The position numbers and the translations under genes are program-made. The notes under the pieces are model-generated. The model worked only from the letters and a program-made list of their open reading frames with translations. It did no database searches and was not told the origin of the DNA. A stretch of 49,710 nt of DNA, the filler included, from Catajapyx aquilonaris (lineage: Eukaryota): assembly GCA_000934665.2 (NCBI GenBank). It is 3 parts of 3 records of this genome, joined end to end, with 100 filler letters (N's around TTAATTAATTAA, not from the genome) between each part and the next. Parts side by side here need not be neighbours in the genome. Positions count along the whole stretch, not along the records: positions 1 to 16,522 come from JYFJ02007181.1; 2 more parts are not named here. One strand, 5' to 3'. Shown in pieces: positions 1 through 13,341 of the stretch; the first letter of the stretch is position 1, and each line of letters begins with the position of its first letter.

Positions 1-380
1 GGGTTGGAACCACCCTTGGCAACCTGGGCGGAAATTTTTGCCTTTGTCGGTTTCGCCTTGGTTTGGCGGGTTTTAGGAGGGGGAGCTTGCGAGAAGAAGA
101 GGCAACCCACGCAGCCTCCCTGAGAGGATTTTTATCCCGTTGGCGTCCGTGTGGGGTGGGGGTGAGGGGAAGATCAATCATTGAAGAGCATTGTTTACCT
201 CGCGGGAGGGGGAGGGGGGAACTCTTATGGAGGCTGTTATAATGGAGCTTTGCGGTCAGCTCATCTCTGACGTCAAGAGTTCTCACGGCGGAAAGTTGGG
301 ATTACAAAATGACTGGATTGGGACATGAGTGTGCTGAGATGTGCATGGATGAACCTAACTCAACCGATCCCAACTCAACC

Positions 381-470
381 TATCCTAACCTATCCTAACC
401 TATCCTAACCGATCCTAACCGATCCTAACCGATCCTAACCTATCCTAACCTATCCTAACCTATCCTAACC
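381..470. repeat. 10-bp tandem repeat (TATCCTAACC/GATCCTAACC) x9, telomere-repeat derived
   Basis: Nine consecutive 10-mers read directly: 3x TATCCTAACC, 3x GATCCTAACC, 3x TATCCTAACC. Confidence 0.95.
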
Positions 471-507
471 TAGGATCTAACCTTTGGATGGGCTATGATA
501 GGTTATG

Positions 508-557
508 TAACCTAACCTAACCTAACCTAACCTAACCTAACCTAACCTAACCTAACC
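508..557 (-). repeat. Interstitial (TTAGG)10 arthropod telomere-type repeat
   Basis: Ten perfect TAACC units on the + strand. Confidence 0.95.
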
Positions 558-3500
558 ACAAGGGGGGGGCGCGAGTGTATTTAGAGGGCATGGTTCATTG
601 CCGTCTACGTCATTAACGATGAGGTTTTAGCCATTTCTAACATGCACATTTTAAACTTGTATTGAGCCAGCGGGTGGCCAATATGACCGCATATAAACCA
701 GTGTAACTTGAGCCTCCGGGTGCAAAACCCACAAAAGGACATCACCGGAACTCAAATATTTATGCCATCCTTTTCCACCCCTTCCCTCCGGTGCATCAAC
801 ACCGCAATAAATTATAAATTAAGGTCCGGCTCGAAATCAGGTAATGGCTGGGGCTTCCTCTCACCGGAGAAATGGCCCTGTTGGTTGGTTGGAGGCATCT
901 TCCGATATTCTACTCTCTTGGTTATATCAAGTGGCGTCCGCTTCATTTCGCACGTCTTGTTGGCCCCGGTGCGAATTTTCGGAGGGGTGGGCGTAAGCCT
1001 CTTTACAACGGCCTCATAAAGATACAAGCCAGTGCTCATTACTCGGCTTGCTTTTCACTCGCCGTTACACTTGACACTGCATACTTGCACGGTTATTACG
1101 GAAAGGAGCACGTTTCCAGGACGCTGCGTCTGTTTTGAGTATTGACTAGACCACCCCCTGTCCCCAAACCCCCCCAGGAGCAAAAAGCTTTTGTTGCCAC
1201 AGCTGCTAAGGTCCTGTCGATTTTTATTGTCGAGAGTTGGCAAAGCTGGCACGCTATACAGGGTGGTGCAATGAGCAAGTAACGAAAAATCGCGGATTTA
1301 TTAACTATGTACAAATACTCTGTCTTGTTAGTGATATTTGCTCCTCTTTTGTTGAGGGCAAAAAAAGGGGGATTGCACGTCGGGTAATCCATCCAGGAAG
1401 TGTAAATGGATTATCGAAAAAGGAGCGACGCTGGATGCCGACGCCCACGACGCCACGGCTGCGGCAAGCAAGCAGGCGACGCTTGATCTCGACCATTCCG
1501 ACGATCAAAACTAAAAATAGGCAAATTTTATGTCAACTTTTCCGGCTCTTTTCCGGCCGAGAAATGTTTTCTAGAGGTGTTGCAGCCGCATTTTAGACAT
1601 TTTAATAATTTTCACAACGTAAGACCGGTTGAATCACCATCAGAAAACTTTCTCTCTGGAAACGAGCTAGAAATGTTAATGTTTCAGCTGGAAATATTTT
1701 ATGGCGATGGTGCAACCGGACATTGCGTGGTAGTAAAACGGAGGGCATTTGTAAAACCAACTCAAAAAAGGAATAGAGAGAAAAATTCTGTGTCCGACAC
1801 TGGGATCGAACCCTGTACCCCAGAGGTGGTATGGTTTAGGCCCACGGTTCGAGCCAGTATCAGCGGGGTTGATTCGATATTCACGGCCGCTTTTTCGTAT
1901 TTTTCTTGATACATCCTCTGTCCGGAGACCCTTTCCAAATCAAATTGGGGGGGTTTCCGGATCCGGGGCGTCGGTGAAAATTCCTCCTTGAAGACACTGG
2001 TTCCGCCAGATGTCGACGCTGCTTCTCTTTTTCAGCCCCAGTGTCTCATGCCTTATTCCCCCCTCATCTTTTTAAAAGATAAAAAACAAGGTTGATGTCC
2101 AGCATGGTGCAGGCTGTTGCGAAATTTTCAGACGACACGAATCTAGGATGTGTTACCGATACATCAATGGTTTCGCAACAAATACATACCGAATATTGAG
2201 AGAGAAACGAACTGATTCTTGTCTGTCCCCCCAAAAAATGTGTCAAAAAATGAGCTTGCAACAGAGTGATAAAATTGTGCGGTTTTTGTTCCCCACCAAA
2301 CCCCGCCTCTCATTGTTGGGTTATTAGCCTTAGTCCCCAGCATATTGGTCGCCCCCCATGCTTTTTAGTTCCCCCTCCCAACACACGAGCTTTTGAACCA
2401 TCCAAGGTGATAATTTTCATTCCGCAACGACAGTGAATTTTCATGGACGATTTGTACCGACACGTCCAAATTAGATGCAAATCGTGTGCACCAATCTGTT
2501 GTTGTCCCTGTGTACTATATCGCAGAGAGTTATACCGGTGGGTGGAGAGACCGGATTGGCACACACAAAAAAAGAGCTGCTGCTGCCATCGACTACTCGT
2601 ATTTCATATTCCTGCTATAACCCCCCCCCCCCCGGAAAAAACAGGGTGCAGTCTCAGAGACTCAAAAAGTCGATATGCGCATTAAAACTAAATTCGTTTC
2701 CGACTGACGCTAGATATGAACTTGGGTCTGAATGGATTTAAAAAAAAGCGTGTGTTCGACCTTTTATCTAATTTTTGTGTAGCAGTAGCAGCAAGATATA
2801 AGGGGGAGGGTATTGTTCGGCTTGTATTAATAATGCGGCTAGTGTTAAGCTTCAAAGTCAGACCACTGATTTTTTTCGAGCTGGCTGTAATCTTTTCGCT
2901 CGCAAAGTTCTTCGAGGTCCTGGAAATACTTGTTTGGCAGAAGTCGAGCCGGAATCGGATCTATGCAAAAATAGTGAAGGATTTTAAAATTTCATTAGGC
3001 GCTTTGAGAGACATCTGCATCATAATAATCGAGCAAAAATGAGGTAAAATCACATCTCTAATATTCAAATCCTATTCATGTTGTGTGGTTATGCCTTCTG
3101 ATTGGTCCGCCACATATTGTTACCGCGACGCTTCCAATATATTGGCCCCCTCACACAACAATATGAGTAAACGTGTCCTTTTGTTGACACTGTTTATTCG
3201 TATTGTTGAGGTCATTATTTCCATGGAAACTTGCAAAGTGGAAGGTTCCAGAAGTGCATTCTAGGATGTCCTTTGACTGGACCTTTGACTATAGATGGGG
3301 GCGAGAATTAACAACATGTCCGCTACCGCAGACCGCAGGCCTAGAAAAATGCGAGTGGATTTCTAGGCCTGCGACATAGGTTTCTAGTTCTAAATTTTAA
3401 AATAGCAGTTTTGCATATTTTCATTGGAAATTCAGTGCAACTCACAGTGCAAATACATTTTCATAATTAAGTTAGTGCGAATGTATGGATAAATTTCCTA

Positions 3501-4329
3501 CAAGTTCTGCGCTTAAATTTATGCTACATTTAAAATGTGCGAAAATTTCTCTCCTAAACTGCGATTCAAACCGACAAGATTGATTTGACATTTTAAGCTG
3601 TCAGTATGACGGAAGTGGGTTAGGTAGACCGGACATACAAACAAACTTGTCGCTTTATATTAATTCGGTATGGAGGTTTGGCACTTACTAAGACGGAACC
3701 GAGAGTATAGTAAATATACGGCAGCAGGAGTCAGCGGTTAAACTAGATGATTCGGGAGTGGCACTTAAGATGCGGAGGGTTCAGAGACTAGTGCAATGAC
3801 TCTCCAGATCAATAACTGGGTTGGTGGGAAAGAGAAGAAGAAGAAGAAGAAGAGCCAAGCATCCAGTAAGGACCCGAAAGTCTGTGGGAGAATTCTGAGC
3901 CCACTTGCAATATTTTGGACATCCTGTACATACATACCCAGCAAAATATCATTTTGGCGTCCGTAATTTACATATCCGACCAACAGGTCATTTGATGTAA
4001 AATGACGTTATAGCCCTGACTTTTTGGTATGGTGTGGCAAAGAGAGGGGATGTTTACAAAATGGTATGCAAATGAGTGATGTTTTGAAATTCTGAAAGAG
4101 AGAGGGAGAGGGAGAGAGAGAACTCTGTGATCAAGATTGATGTCACTGTTTGGAAGTCACGTTTATGGCACTTGTCGACAGTCCTGCGAAATACATCATT
4201 TGTAACAAAATTATTCTGAAAGTTCGAACTGACAACATTACTGCTAACTAAAGTGACGTCATTACAGAAAAAAGTACATACTGGATGATCCAAAATACTA
4301 TACAACTTCTGTTGCGATTTCAGCATTCA

Positions 4330-5090
4330 GCGGCTTATTATGCAGTTACTTTTAGTGATTATCAATAACATTAGCGATTAATGTAGCTATTTGAGCACCA
4401 AGCTGCTTGTTACGAACAGTTACTTTTAGTGGACATAAAGAAAAAATACGGTATCTGCTAATGTTAGCGATTAATATCACTGCTTTATCACTAAGCTGCT
4501 TATGATGCAGTAACTTTCGTTGGTTATCATGAATATGAGCTACTAATATTAGCGATTAATGTAACTGTTTGAGCACTAAGCTGCTTATTATGCAGTTATT
4601 TGTGGTGGTTATCAAGAGTGTTAGTTGCTAATATCAGCGATCAGTATCGCCATTTTAGTATCAAGCTGCTTCTTACGAACAGTTACTTTTAGTGGTTAAA
4701 AAGATAATATATCTGCCTACTAATATTAGCGATTAGTATCACTGATTCAGCACTAAGCTGCTTATAATGCAGTTATTTGTGGTGGTTATCAACATGGTTA
4801 TCAAGAGTGTTAGTTGCTAATATCAGCGATCAGTATCGATATTTTAGTATCAAGCTGCTTCTTACGAACAGTTACTTTTGTAGTGGTTAAAAAGGAAATA
4901 TATCTGCTAATATTAGCGATTAGTATCACTGATTCAGCATTAAGCTGCTTATAATGCAGCTACGTTTAGTGGTTATAAACGGTATTAGCGACTAATACTT
5001 GAAATGAATATTGCGATTTTCGCACTAAGTTGCTTTATTACGAACAGTTATTTTTAATGATTATCAGCAATATTAGCTGCTAATATTAGG
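4330..5090. repeat. Degenerate minisatellite, about 9 units of ~70-98 bp
   Basis: Anchor AAGCTGCTT...CAGTTA...TTAGCGAT recurs at about 4330, 4400, 4493, 4578, 4663, 4754, 4852, 4942 and 5027 (first and last are variant). Confidence 0.9.
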
Positions 5091-5824
5091 TCGTGAGAAT
5101 AATCCGAAACTTTAACTCTCGTTTGAAGTGTGGGGTGTAATGTGACCTCATTTCTCAAAGTATTTTCGGTCCATAACCCTCTCCAAAAAATGGAGCAATC
5201 AAGATGTGCCCACCGTTCTGGTCCTGCTGTCAAAAGTGCCTGTGTCTGTCCAGCATTGCCTTCCCTCCCTCTCTTCTTTATTTTTTATATTTTTTGTGCA
5301 CTTCCTGTAGTGTCCTCTTAAAGTGGGAATGGCCTGGTTTTCTGGTGGCAGCAGCCAGCATCCGGAGAGAGTGGACAACGACCGGGGTGGGGGGTGGGTC
5401 TGTCCTCGCCAGAAATCCGGCCCCAGAATAATAACACTAATAATAACGTCACAGGGGAGCCATTATCGTCGGGAGGGTGGGGGTGGGCTTGTCTCTTGCC
5501 GGACAACAAATCATGATTTGTGTACTGGAGACGACGGGGGTTGGGAGGGGGGGGGAGAGGCTGTCGATAATAATGCTTGGGAGGGAACTCTATAGGATCG
5601 CATGCGAGGAAGGGGTAAAAGTACACTTTTGAAGTGGGTGTCTCTACCCCCAAAGTCCCGCATGAATTATTCCAACAAAACCTTTACTATTCATGACCTT
5701 TCTGTAACATGACGCTTTACAAGCCCGCCAGGCAAATCATAGCCCATTCCTTACCCACCCCCCTTTCGCATAGTTTACAGAATCGGCATGTGCCTCTGTT
5801 TGTCCAGGCTCATGCATGTACATT

Positions 5825-5980
5825 TCCGTTAAACCAAAGAACAATATGATGTCACACCAGCCATGTTTTCTGAGCATGCGCAGTAGTATGCTTGCAGAGC
5901 GATTCTGGGGCATGATTGGAGGAAATATCCGGGTGGAGGTGGGCTGAACATGACGTCATATCGTTCTTTGGTTTAACGGA
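5825..5980. mobile_element. MITE with ~30-bp terminal inverted repeats
   Basis: TCCGTTAAACCAAAGAACAATATGATGTCA (5825-5854) is inverted at 5951-5980 with 2 mismatches. Confidence 0.7.
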
Positions 5981-6290
5981 CTGTGGATATTACGAATTTC
6001 TTTACAAGCGCAACCGAGTGCGCATCCTCACTCCCGCAGCTCCTCTGTTGTGTCATTGTCAACAACGTTGCCAGAGTTAATCCCCAGGGGCCTCTGAGGT
6101 TCGTTACAGAGCCTCGGCAACGTCGCAAACGTCAGCCGTTTTGCCCCCTACACCTCTAGGGTAGCGCTGGAAATAAGTGCAGCACTTGTTTACCAGTACA
6201 TCATACATCATTGATAATGCCAACCCTGCAAGCTGCGCAAACTGTGGTGAGCACTCGGTTGCTCTAGTAAAATCCACTATCCCTCTTACA

Positions 6291-6413
6291 GTGGTGGATA
6301 TTAATGGATATCCACAGGTATCGCCGCCTGGCGGAACTTTTCCTTTACGCATGGATCAAAGGAAAAGCTCAGTCAGGTGGCGATATTTGTGGATATCCAT
6401 TAATTTCTACTAC
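6291..6413. repeat. Foldback with 56-bp arms and 11-nt loop (MITE-derived or hairpin RNA)
   Basis: 6291-6346 versus reverse complement of 6358-6413: 47 of 56 identical. Confidence 0.85.
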
Positions 6414-9400
6414 TACCCCTCGCTAGACCTTGAGATTGGCAGAGCCTCATCTACGTGAGGGATATGGTACTACGTGTACGTGGACAGATATGACCCTAGT
6501 GGTGATGAGCAGCAATATGATTCAGGCTTTTCAGGTGGTGCTGGAGAACGAATAATGTTCATTGCCGGCGTTGAATTAGAAATGAGCTTTTGCATCATTG
6601 TTTGAGCACCATTGCGGTATAGTTTGCTCCCCTCCCACCCAGCAAAAAAATAGAGAGTTTGCAATGTACAGTTGCGCCGTATATTTATTCAGCTAGTAAC
6701 AGAGGATATTCCTGGTGACTTGAAGCTGCAGTGTTTGCAACGCTCCAAACCAGGGGGAGGGTGGGGGGGGGGGCAGGGAGTGGTTCATCTGCCAGCTTTT
6801 GCAGCAGCTGTGCAAACATATGCACGTCGCCCAATTGTTTGACCTAATTGTTGCTACAGAGGTGATGTCAACAAAGCGGGGGCCGCTTGCTTGCTATTGA
6901 AACAGGACGGGGCTGCGCCTGGGATTAAGGTAACTTGGGGAAATTTTCTGGCCGAAGGGATGGTGGGGTAGACACAAAAGAGGCGGCTATTGTGAGCTAT
7001 AATTAGACGCCGTTGCGCCTTTGGCAAGATTTTCGCCAGGCCACCTCGATTCAACTGCTAGGTGTTAATCTGATTGCGGAAATTAAATCCTCCATGTTCA
7101 AGTGGTTGGCCTTTTTAAAAAAATGCAGGGAAAAAAGATAGTTCATGCGGTATAAGTGGGCGGATTGTTTTTCTCTCTCTCGAATAGACGAGGTCAATTT
7201 CTGAGCACGAGAAGTGGGCCAGTTAATGACTCGCAACTCAAAATCGGTGCAAAAATTGCCTGTTCAAGTAGCGGCTTAAAGTAGAGCTGCTAATATATCC
7301 CAATAAATTTGTGTGAATTTTGAAAAGAACCAACCTCTCAAATTTTTAGCTTTAGCTAAAATAATTTTGCAACAAATAAGTTGGTCATAACCTGAGGTAA
7401 AAACAATCCTCTGATTAAGTATGCTCCGGATTTATAATTTTGAACGGACGATTTATGGAGATTACCAGGATTTAAGGTTAAACATAATCCTAGAGGGAAT
7501 CGGCCATTTTAATAGAGCATGTCGGATTTAAAATTGATGCGGATCAATGAAGGATTCACTGAGGATTTGCCCGGAATTCACGTATGATTTATCTGGACAA
7601 CAAGCAGGATTTAAAGATTATAATATTAGATGGTCGAAACTATATTCCTAGGTAAAAAGCATGATTCATGAATGACATATGGATTAGAAGCCAGATTTGC
7701 GACAAATTATTAATGAATGATTTGTCGAGGATTTGCGAAGAATAATTGTAAGTGATTTAGGTGGATTGCAATTCGGATTTGAAAATAATTTACGACTCCT
7801 TGAGGTGGATTTGCGGATGACTAATATGAAACGATTTGTTGATTTATATATGACTTATTAATGATTTATGTGGATTTACGCAGAGTGTGCACCGGACTTC
7901 CTCCAGAAATCTTTCCTGCAGCCCATAAGCGAATCCAAGCCGTGGCGGGACCCCTTTATTTGTCATCAACTTATTCCCTAATGCTTTTGCAAAATAATTC
8001 AGGCGCAGCTGACAAATGCCCGACAGCGGCGAAAAGCACTTGCTGTATGCCTGGTGGTGTGTGTATATATACAAGGGGGAGTTTTTGCTAGCATCCTCAT
8101 CCCTTAGCTGACGTGAAAATAGCGGCCGGCGCTTCATGTTCAACCGAGCCGACATGAAGGAGCATCCTGGAGAGGATTAGTGACATGGGAGAGCCAGGGA
8201 ATCTTGGCGTAAATATTCATCAGACAACGCTCTCAGTCGCAGTTATTATTCGGCGAGAAATAAAGCGACGGAGGATAATCCCCCAAATGCCCGCGTAATT
8301 GAGTTTTCAGTGAGCATGTGCGTTACAATTGCATTAGCCCACAATTACGTAGGCCAAGCACGGCCAGAAGATGGGTCTTGCGTCCCTTGCCACGGACTAA
8401 TTCATGTCCCCCGCTTATGCGACGTTGATTATTATACAAAACCCACTCCGGTTGGAAAGTGAGAGATTCCAGTCAGATAATCGGGGATCATCATTGTTTA
8501 TTATTACTATCGCAATTTTAATTTTAAACGGAAAAGAGCGGAAGTTCCTACAGTACATCGCAGATGCCGCCACAGTCCCATTGATAAATCACAGATGGCG
8601 ACGAAAGTTTGGGAATTTTCACTATACACAAATCCGCATTAAAAAGTGATTTCAACGCAAGAATTAGTAGCTTTTGGACTTTCATAGGAATGATCAGCAC
8701 GTCAGATATCAGAGCAAATTTTTATCTAATAAAGTAGTCCGGAAGTGGGCTATATCCTCCGAAAATGCAGACAAACTTTCTCTTTTATACTGTACATACA
8801 GAATGGAGAGAATATTATTATAGTTGAGTTGAAGTGTCATTTTTGGCATTATCAATGTTTGAGAAAATCTCTTTTTTACCCATACCAAGGAGCGAAGCGC
8901 TTTTGCATTATGCTTATTAATCCTTCCGGCGGGCCAGAAGAAGCCGAGTGATCGCCTTTTCCCATCTCATTAATCACTCCGAGGCGATGTCTTCATCAGG
9001 TTTCCTTGATGCTAGTTTTATCGCTTTGTTCATGGAATTAATCATGTTGGAAGACCCCAGCTTTTTACCCCCCACTCAATATTCCCTGTCGGGCCGGACA
9101 TAGCCCAAAGATATAACCGCTATTTTCCAAAACTCTATTTTGTCCTAATTTACATAGGTTTGCTTACAAGTTGGACGTCTCTCTAGGAAGCGTTTTCCGG
9201 CTGGATAAATTAATTGGTGATAAACAAACCACTTTGCCGTATGTAGACTGCAAGTAGATTTTTTTAAATCAGGGAATACTCTGGCTCTTTTCCGGCCGGA
9301 AAATGTTTTCTGGGAGGCGGCGTGGCCGAGCTATTATGCGATAACAGCGCGAAGACATGTCGCTCCCACATTAATATTCCAATTCATTATAACACCTTGC

Positions 9401-10067
9401 TTGGTAAGAAGGTTTTTGCTTCCATCCCGAAGAACATACTGTGCTTCTGCCTTGCTAAGAGAGGGGGGAGGGAGAGAAGCTCAGTGACGTGAGCAATATC
9501 CCGGGCCGAAACCTCCCCCCCCCTTCTCCCCACTTCCACAATGTCGTGAATGTTAATTAACGAACGAATTAATTAAAATTACACGTTTCACATTCTTGTA
9601 ACTTGGCCGCGAGTGCTTGCTGGGGTACGGATTTTCCAACCCCCCGACTTTGTACAGGCTCGTGTTAAATTTGGAGGTCCAGGTTTAATAGTGATGACGG
9701 AAATAGCAGTTATTTTTTTCTTCAGCCAGAAAATATTATTGGTGATATTAGGTTGAATCAAAGCCTGCTATGTAGCTACCTGTGTCCTTTGTTTGTATGG
9801 GAATTCGCAGCATCTTAACATCTGATGTGATACAACCAAGAACCAGTATTATAGTTTGGAAACAACCATGCTTAAAATCTGTCCATAAACGACAAACTTA
9901 GTGGGCAACGTCAGGCCGCAAACAGGCTGCTTCACACGTTGCTTTACTTGCCCAGGCCCCCGCCGCGTAATTAAATTATTAGCATGTAAATTTTCGGGTT
10001 TGCTCGATATAAACGGCCTGGGCCGGACTATATATTGTAGCTGATGATGGGGGAGAATCTAGACATA

Positions 10068-10212
10068 CAGGGTGGTACCAGACTAGCCATGTCGTACCAT
10101 GTCACTCGGAACGTAGATGGCGCCACTCTCAGGGTCGTGATAAGTCCGGACAAACAGAGGCACATACTCAATTCTATACATGAGATTGGACTACAATTGC
10201 ACTTGCACCCTG
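10068..10212. mobile_element. Short Tc1/mariner-type MITE (CAGGGTG termini, TA target)
   Basis: TA-CAGGGTG at 10066-10074 and CACCCTG-TA at 10206-10214; only the short termini match. Confidence 0.5.
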
Positions 10213-11849
10213 TATGTAAAGTAATGCCGCCGAACGCTGTTTTGTGCCCATAATTCATGAGTATACTGCGAGAGGAGAAAATTAAATAGAACCTCATTAT
10301 TCCCCCCTCCCTCCTCCTTCCCCCACCACATCACCGGGGGGGGGTAGCTGAGGAGTGATTCAAATAGGTTTGCATTCAAAATGATGAGCCCCTGCCGAAA
10401 TTGCACTAGAGCTCCATTTGACAGTTTGTGCTGTTTATATGTTTTATCACGCCAGTTCCCTCTCTCCCTCTCTCCTACTCCACCCAACCACCCACCCACA
10501 AAAAAACCAGGCCACAGTTTCCTCTGATGATTGTACGCGTTTGGTCTCTTGTTTAGAAATGGATGTCCGGAATTGCTGGGCGCAGGGATTTTCACTTGAT
10601 TACAGGGAGGGCCAGGAAAATAAGCCCAGTTTTTTTTTGGGGGGGGGGGGAGGTGGTATTGGGGATGGAGGGTTGGGGGGTTTAATGAAGTTCCCTCACC
10701 TCACTTTGCGTATTCACTCTTCAACTGTCATGCAAAGCACTTTTGTGTTGGCCACAGATATTTTATTCGCTCCCGAGGACAATAGGCTGGTGCTTCCAGG
10801 ACATTACGTGAGCACGTGAACAACACGGTACTTACTGGGAGTACTGCACAGGGTGGTGCACTGGCCCGACCACACAATTCAACAGGAAAGAAAAAAATAT
10901 CGTGGATTGTTATTCAGAACCAAGAGGAAACGGAAAAATATTTCAACTTTATGATTGTTCAACATTCAAAACGACGCCATTTTTAGTTAGCGATTTTTTT
11001 TGGCAATGTTTTTCAAGCCGTTATTTGTCGCAGTTATAATGTGGTGATTTTTGGCCCTGCTTATTTCAAGCAGTGAGTTTTCACGACTACTTATAATGGC
11101 ATTTGAAAGTAGCTGCTAATATTAGGTTGGGTGGACCTATCCCTTCTGTGTTGTGACCTATTTCACGCTGGAAGGGACAAGCAGGACCACATTGGTGCTT
11201 CTTTTCAAACCTAGCTGGTTATTGCGAGGATGAACAATACGGAGCGTAGTCTTGGGCAACCCTGTATATTTCGTCAGTAATCCGTGGTTTGGGCACAGGG
11301 TTATGGTTTTTTGTAAAATAAAGTGGGTTAAAAAAGAGGCCGTAGGGTTGCGGGGGGGGGGGGGGGTGCAATGCAGTGGCGGTCATGATATGAAGGTGCT
11401 TAACCCCGAGGGTGATTTTCAAAACGTTTATTTTTCTAGCAACTTACAGCAGCAGCGGTTGTTGGAAACTGGGATGGGTAGAGGACAAAGTGTGGGAAAC
11501 CTATTCATGGACATCCGAGAGCTAGTAGGCCAAATGTGGACTGAGTGTGCTGAGCATACCGACAGACATTGCACATTTTTCTGTGCACTGACCATTGTTT
11601 TCAAGTACAGGCATGTTACCGGACAAAGCGCATTGACATTAGAAGCGAATTAAAAGTCGACGTTGCCACGTTGGAATGCAAAATCTAATGTTTGGTATCT
11701 TTGGCAAAAAAAGGGGGGTTTGAAAGGAATAAGACAGTTTTTCGGAGTGCTTTATGATTTAGACGCGATTTTCCATAAAAGCGTTTTACGGAATGTAGCA
11801 TAGCGGCTGCTTTTAAGCACCACTTAAATAATAATCGCATTTTGTCTTG

Positions 11850-11884
11850 TACTAATGACAGTTATTCCTTCTTTACAGGTGAGT
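11850..11884 (+). other. Candidate recursive splice site (ratchet point): branch point, polypyrimidine tract, AG|GTGAGT
   Basis: TACTAAT (11850-11856), TTATTCCTTCTTTACAG ending 11878, immediately followed by GTGAGT (11879-11884). Confidence 0.55.
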
Positions 11885-13341
11885 ACCAGACCATTGGTTA
11901 CACCTTGCTCTCTCATAGAATAATCCGATACTGTGGTATGTAATTTTACACAGATTTAGTTCTATGCACAGAGTGTGTAACGCATAGAAGTTCTGAATTG
12001 CGATTTGGGAAACTAATAGATAACCTCTATAAAGTACCTGCTACACTCATTCATCATTGAAAGAATTGGCTCGGGTCTTTGCCTCTGTTTGTCCGCGGTG
12101 AGTCATCAGTAGTGTGCTAAGATGGCGCGTCATTTATGTGACGGATATTGTACTATGTCCACAGTCGGGGGTTGGGCAGGGCATTGTTGCCAAGTTTTGT
12201 CGAAGCCTTTTATTCTTTCTCGTTAAGAAGGATTTGTCGGGTAGGCCTACATAACCTAATGAATTGGCAGCCAGCAAACTAAGTCGTATTTTAACCTCCA
12301 CGCACCTCATCTCCTGTAACTAGTGTAACAGTTTAAATTATGAAACAAATAAACAAGATGCCAACCTGCCACGCTCAGGTTCATCAGCATGTCTTGAACG
12401 TTCAAGTTTCGAGCCGGGTTCAGGTTTTTGAACGAGGACAGATTAAGGAAGTGACATCCGAGCAAACCAAGCGGAAGCTTGGAGAGACGGACATGAAAAT
12501 AACGTCTTTCCAAACTTTGGGTCGAACACACACAAAAAATGAAAGTCTTGGAGGATTACATCTCGCTTCATGGTAGGGTTGGTGCCATGGGTCCCAAAAT
12601 GGCGCCAAGGAAGTTTGGTTAGTGGGTTAGGGGAGAAGGGGGCGTCGTCGTCGTCGGAAAGAGAGGCGGGGGGTGAGGGGGGGTGGAAAGTAAAACCGCC
12701 GACACTTTAACGGACCGCACCCTGCGCGGTCTCGAACCGCAAACTAATCGCGATCTGGGGCCAGGGTCTGTGGAGCCCAGCCGCGTTTTGGGTAAGGTGT
12801 ACCCGAGAAAGGATGTAAGGGGAAAGGGCTTTGCGTTTCCAATCAACCGTCTTTCCGGAGAAACGCATTTAGCTGACTCCCAAGTTATTCCTGCCTGGGT
12901 GTCCCTGTATGGAGCCTCATCCAGGATGAAAAAAAAGGGGGGCGCTGAGTAACTCTCCTAAATCAAATTTCCATTGGTGTCGGGGCCCGCCTCCTTCCCG
13001 GATGTATCCCTCAGGACTCCTGCATCACTTCCGGATGGAAATTACCCTGGGCTAGTGTGAGTTACATGGATCCCGGAAAGAAAGTGGGCCAAATCACCGC
13101 TCAATTTATTCTATTATATATTTGAGCTCTTTACTTATTTTTAGTCATTTTATCATATTTTTAAATTTCGTTCATTTATTTGTCCAATTTAAGTTACAGT
13201 ATTCATATATTTTTGTTTTATTAATATGCAATGTATAAATTAATTTCTTACATAAATTAACATGCAGTATGTATATAAGCGTCTTAATGCTACTATTTTT
13301 TGCAGTTAATTTATTCCATTATTTTGTCATTTAATACTGTG

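Noticed and set aside
1540..1580. ~35-bp match to 9283-9320 (GGCTCTTTTCCGGCCG.AAATGTTTTCT)
   Set aside because: Too short to classify; probably a fragment of a dispersed repeat
708..3042. Cluster of 65-120 aa ORFs in block 1
   Set aside because: No recognisable domains or splice-consistent exon chain
12340..12576. ORF containing MPTC, reminiscent of a THAP domain start
   Set aside because: Lacks the C2CH ligands and the conserved Trp
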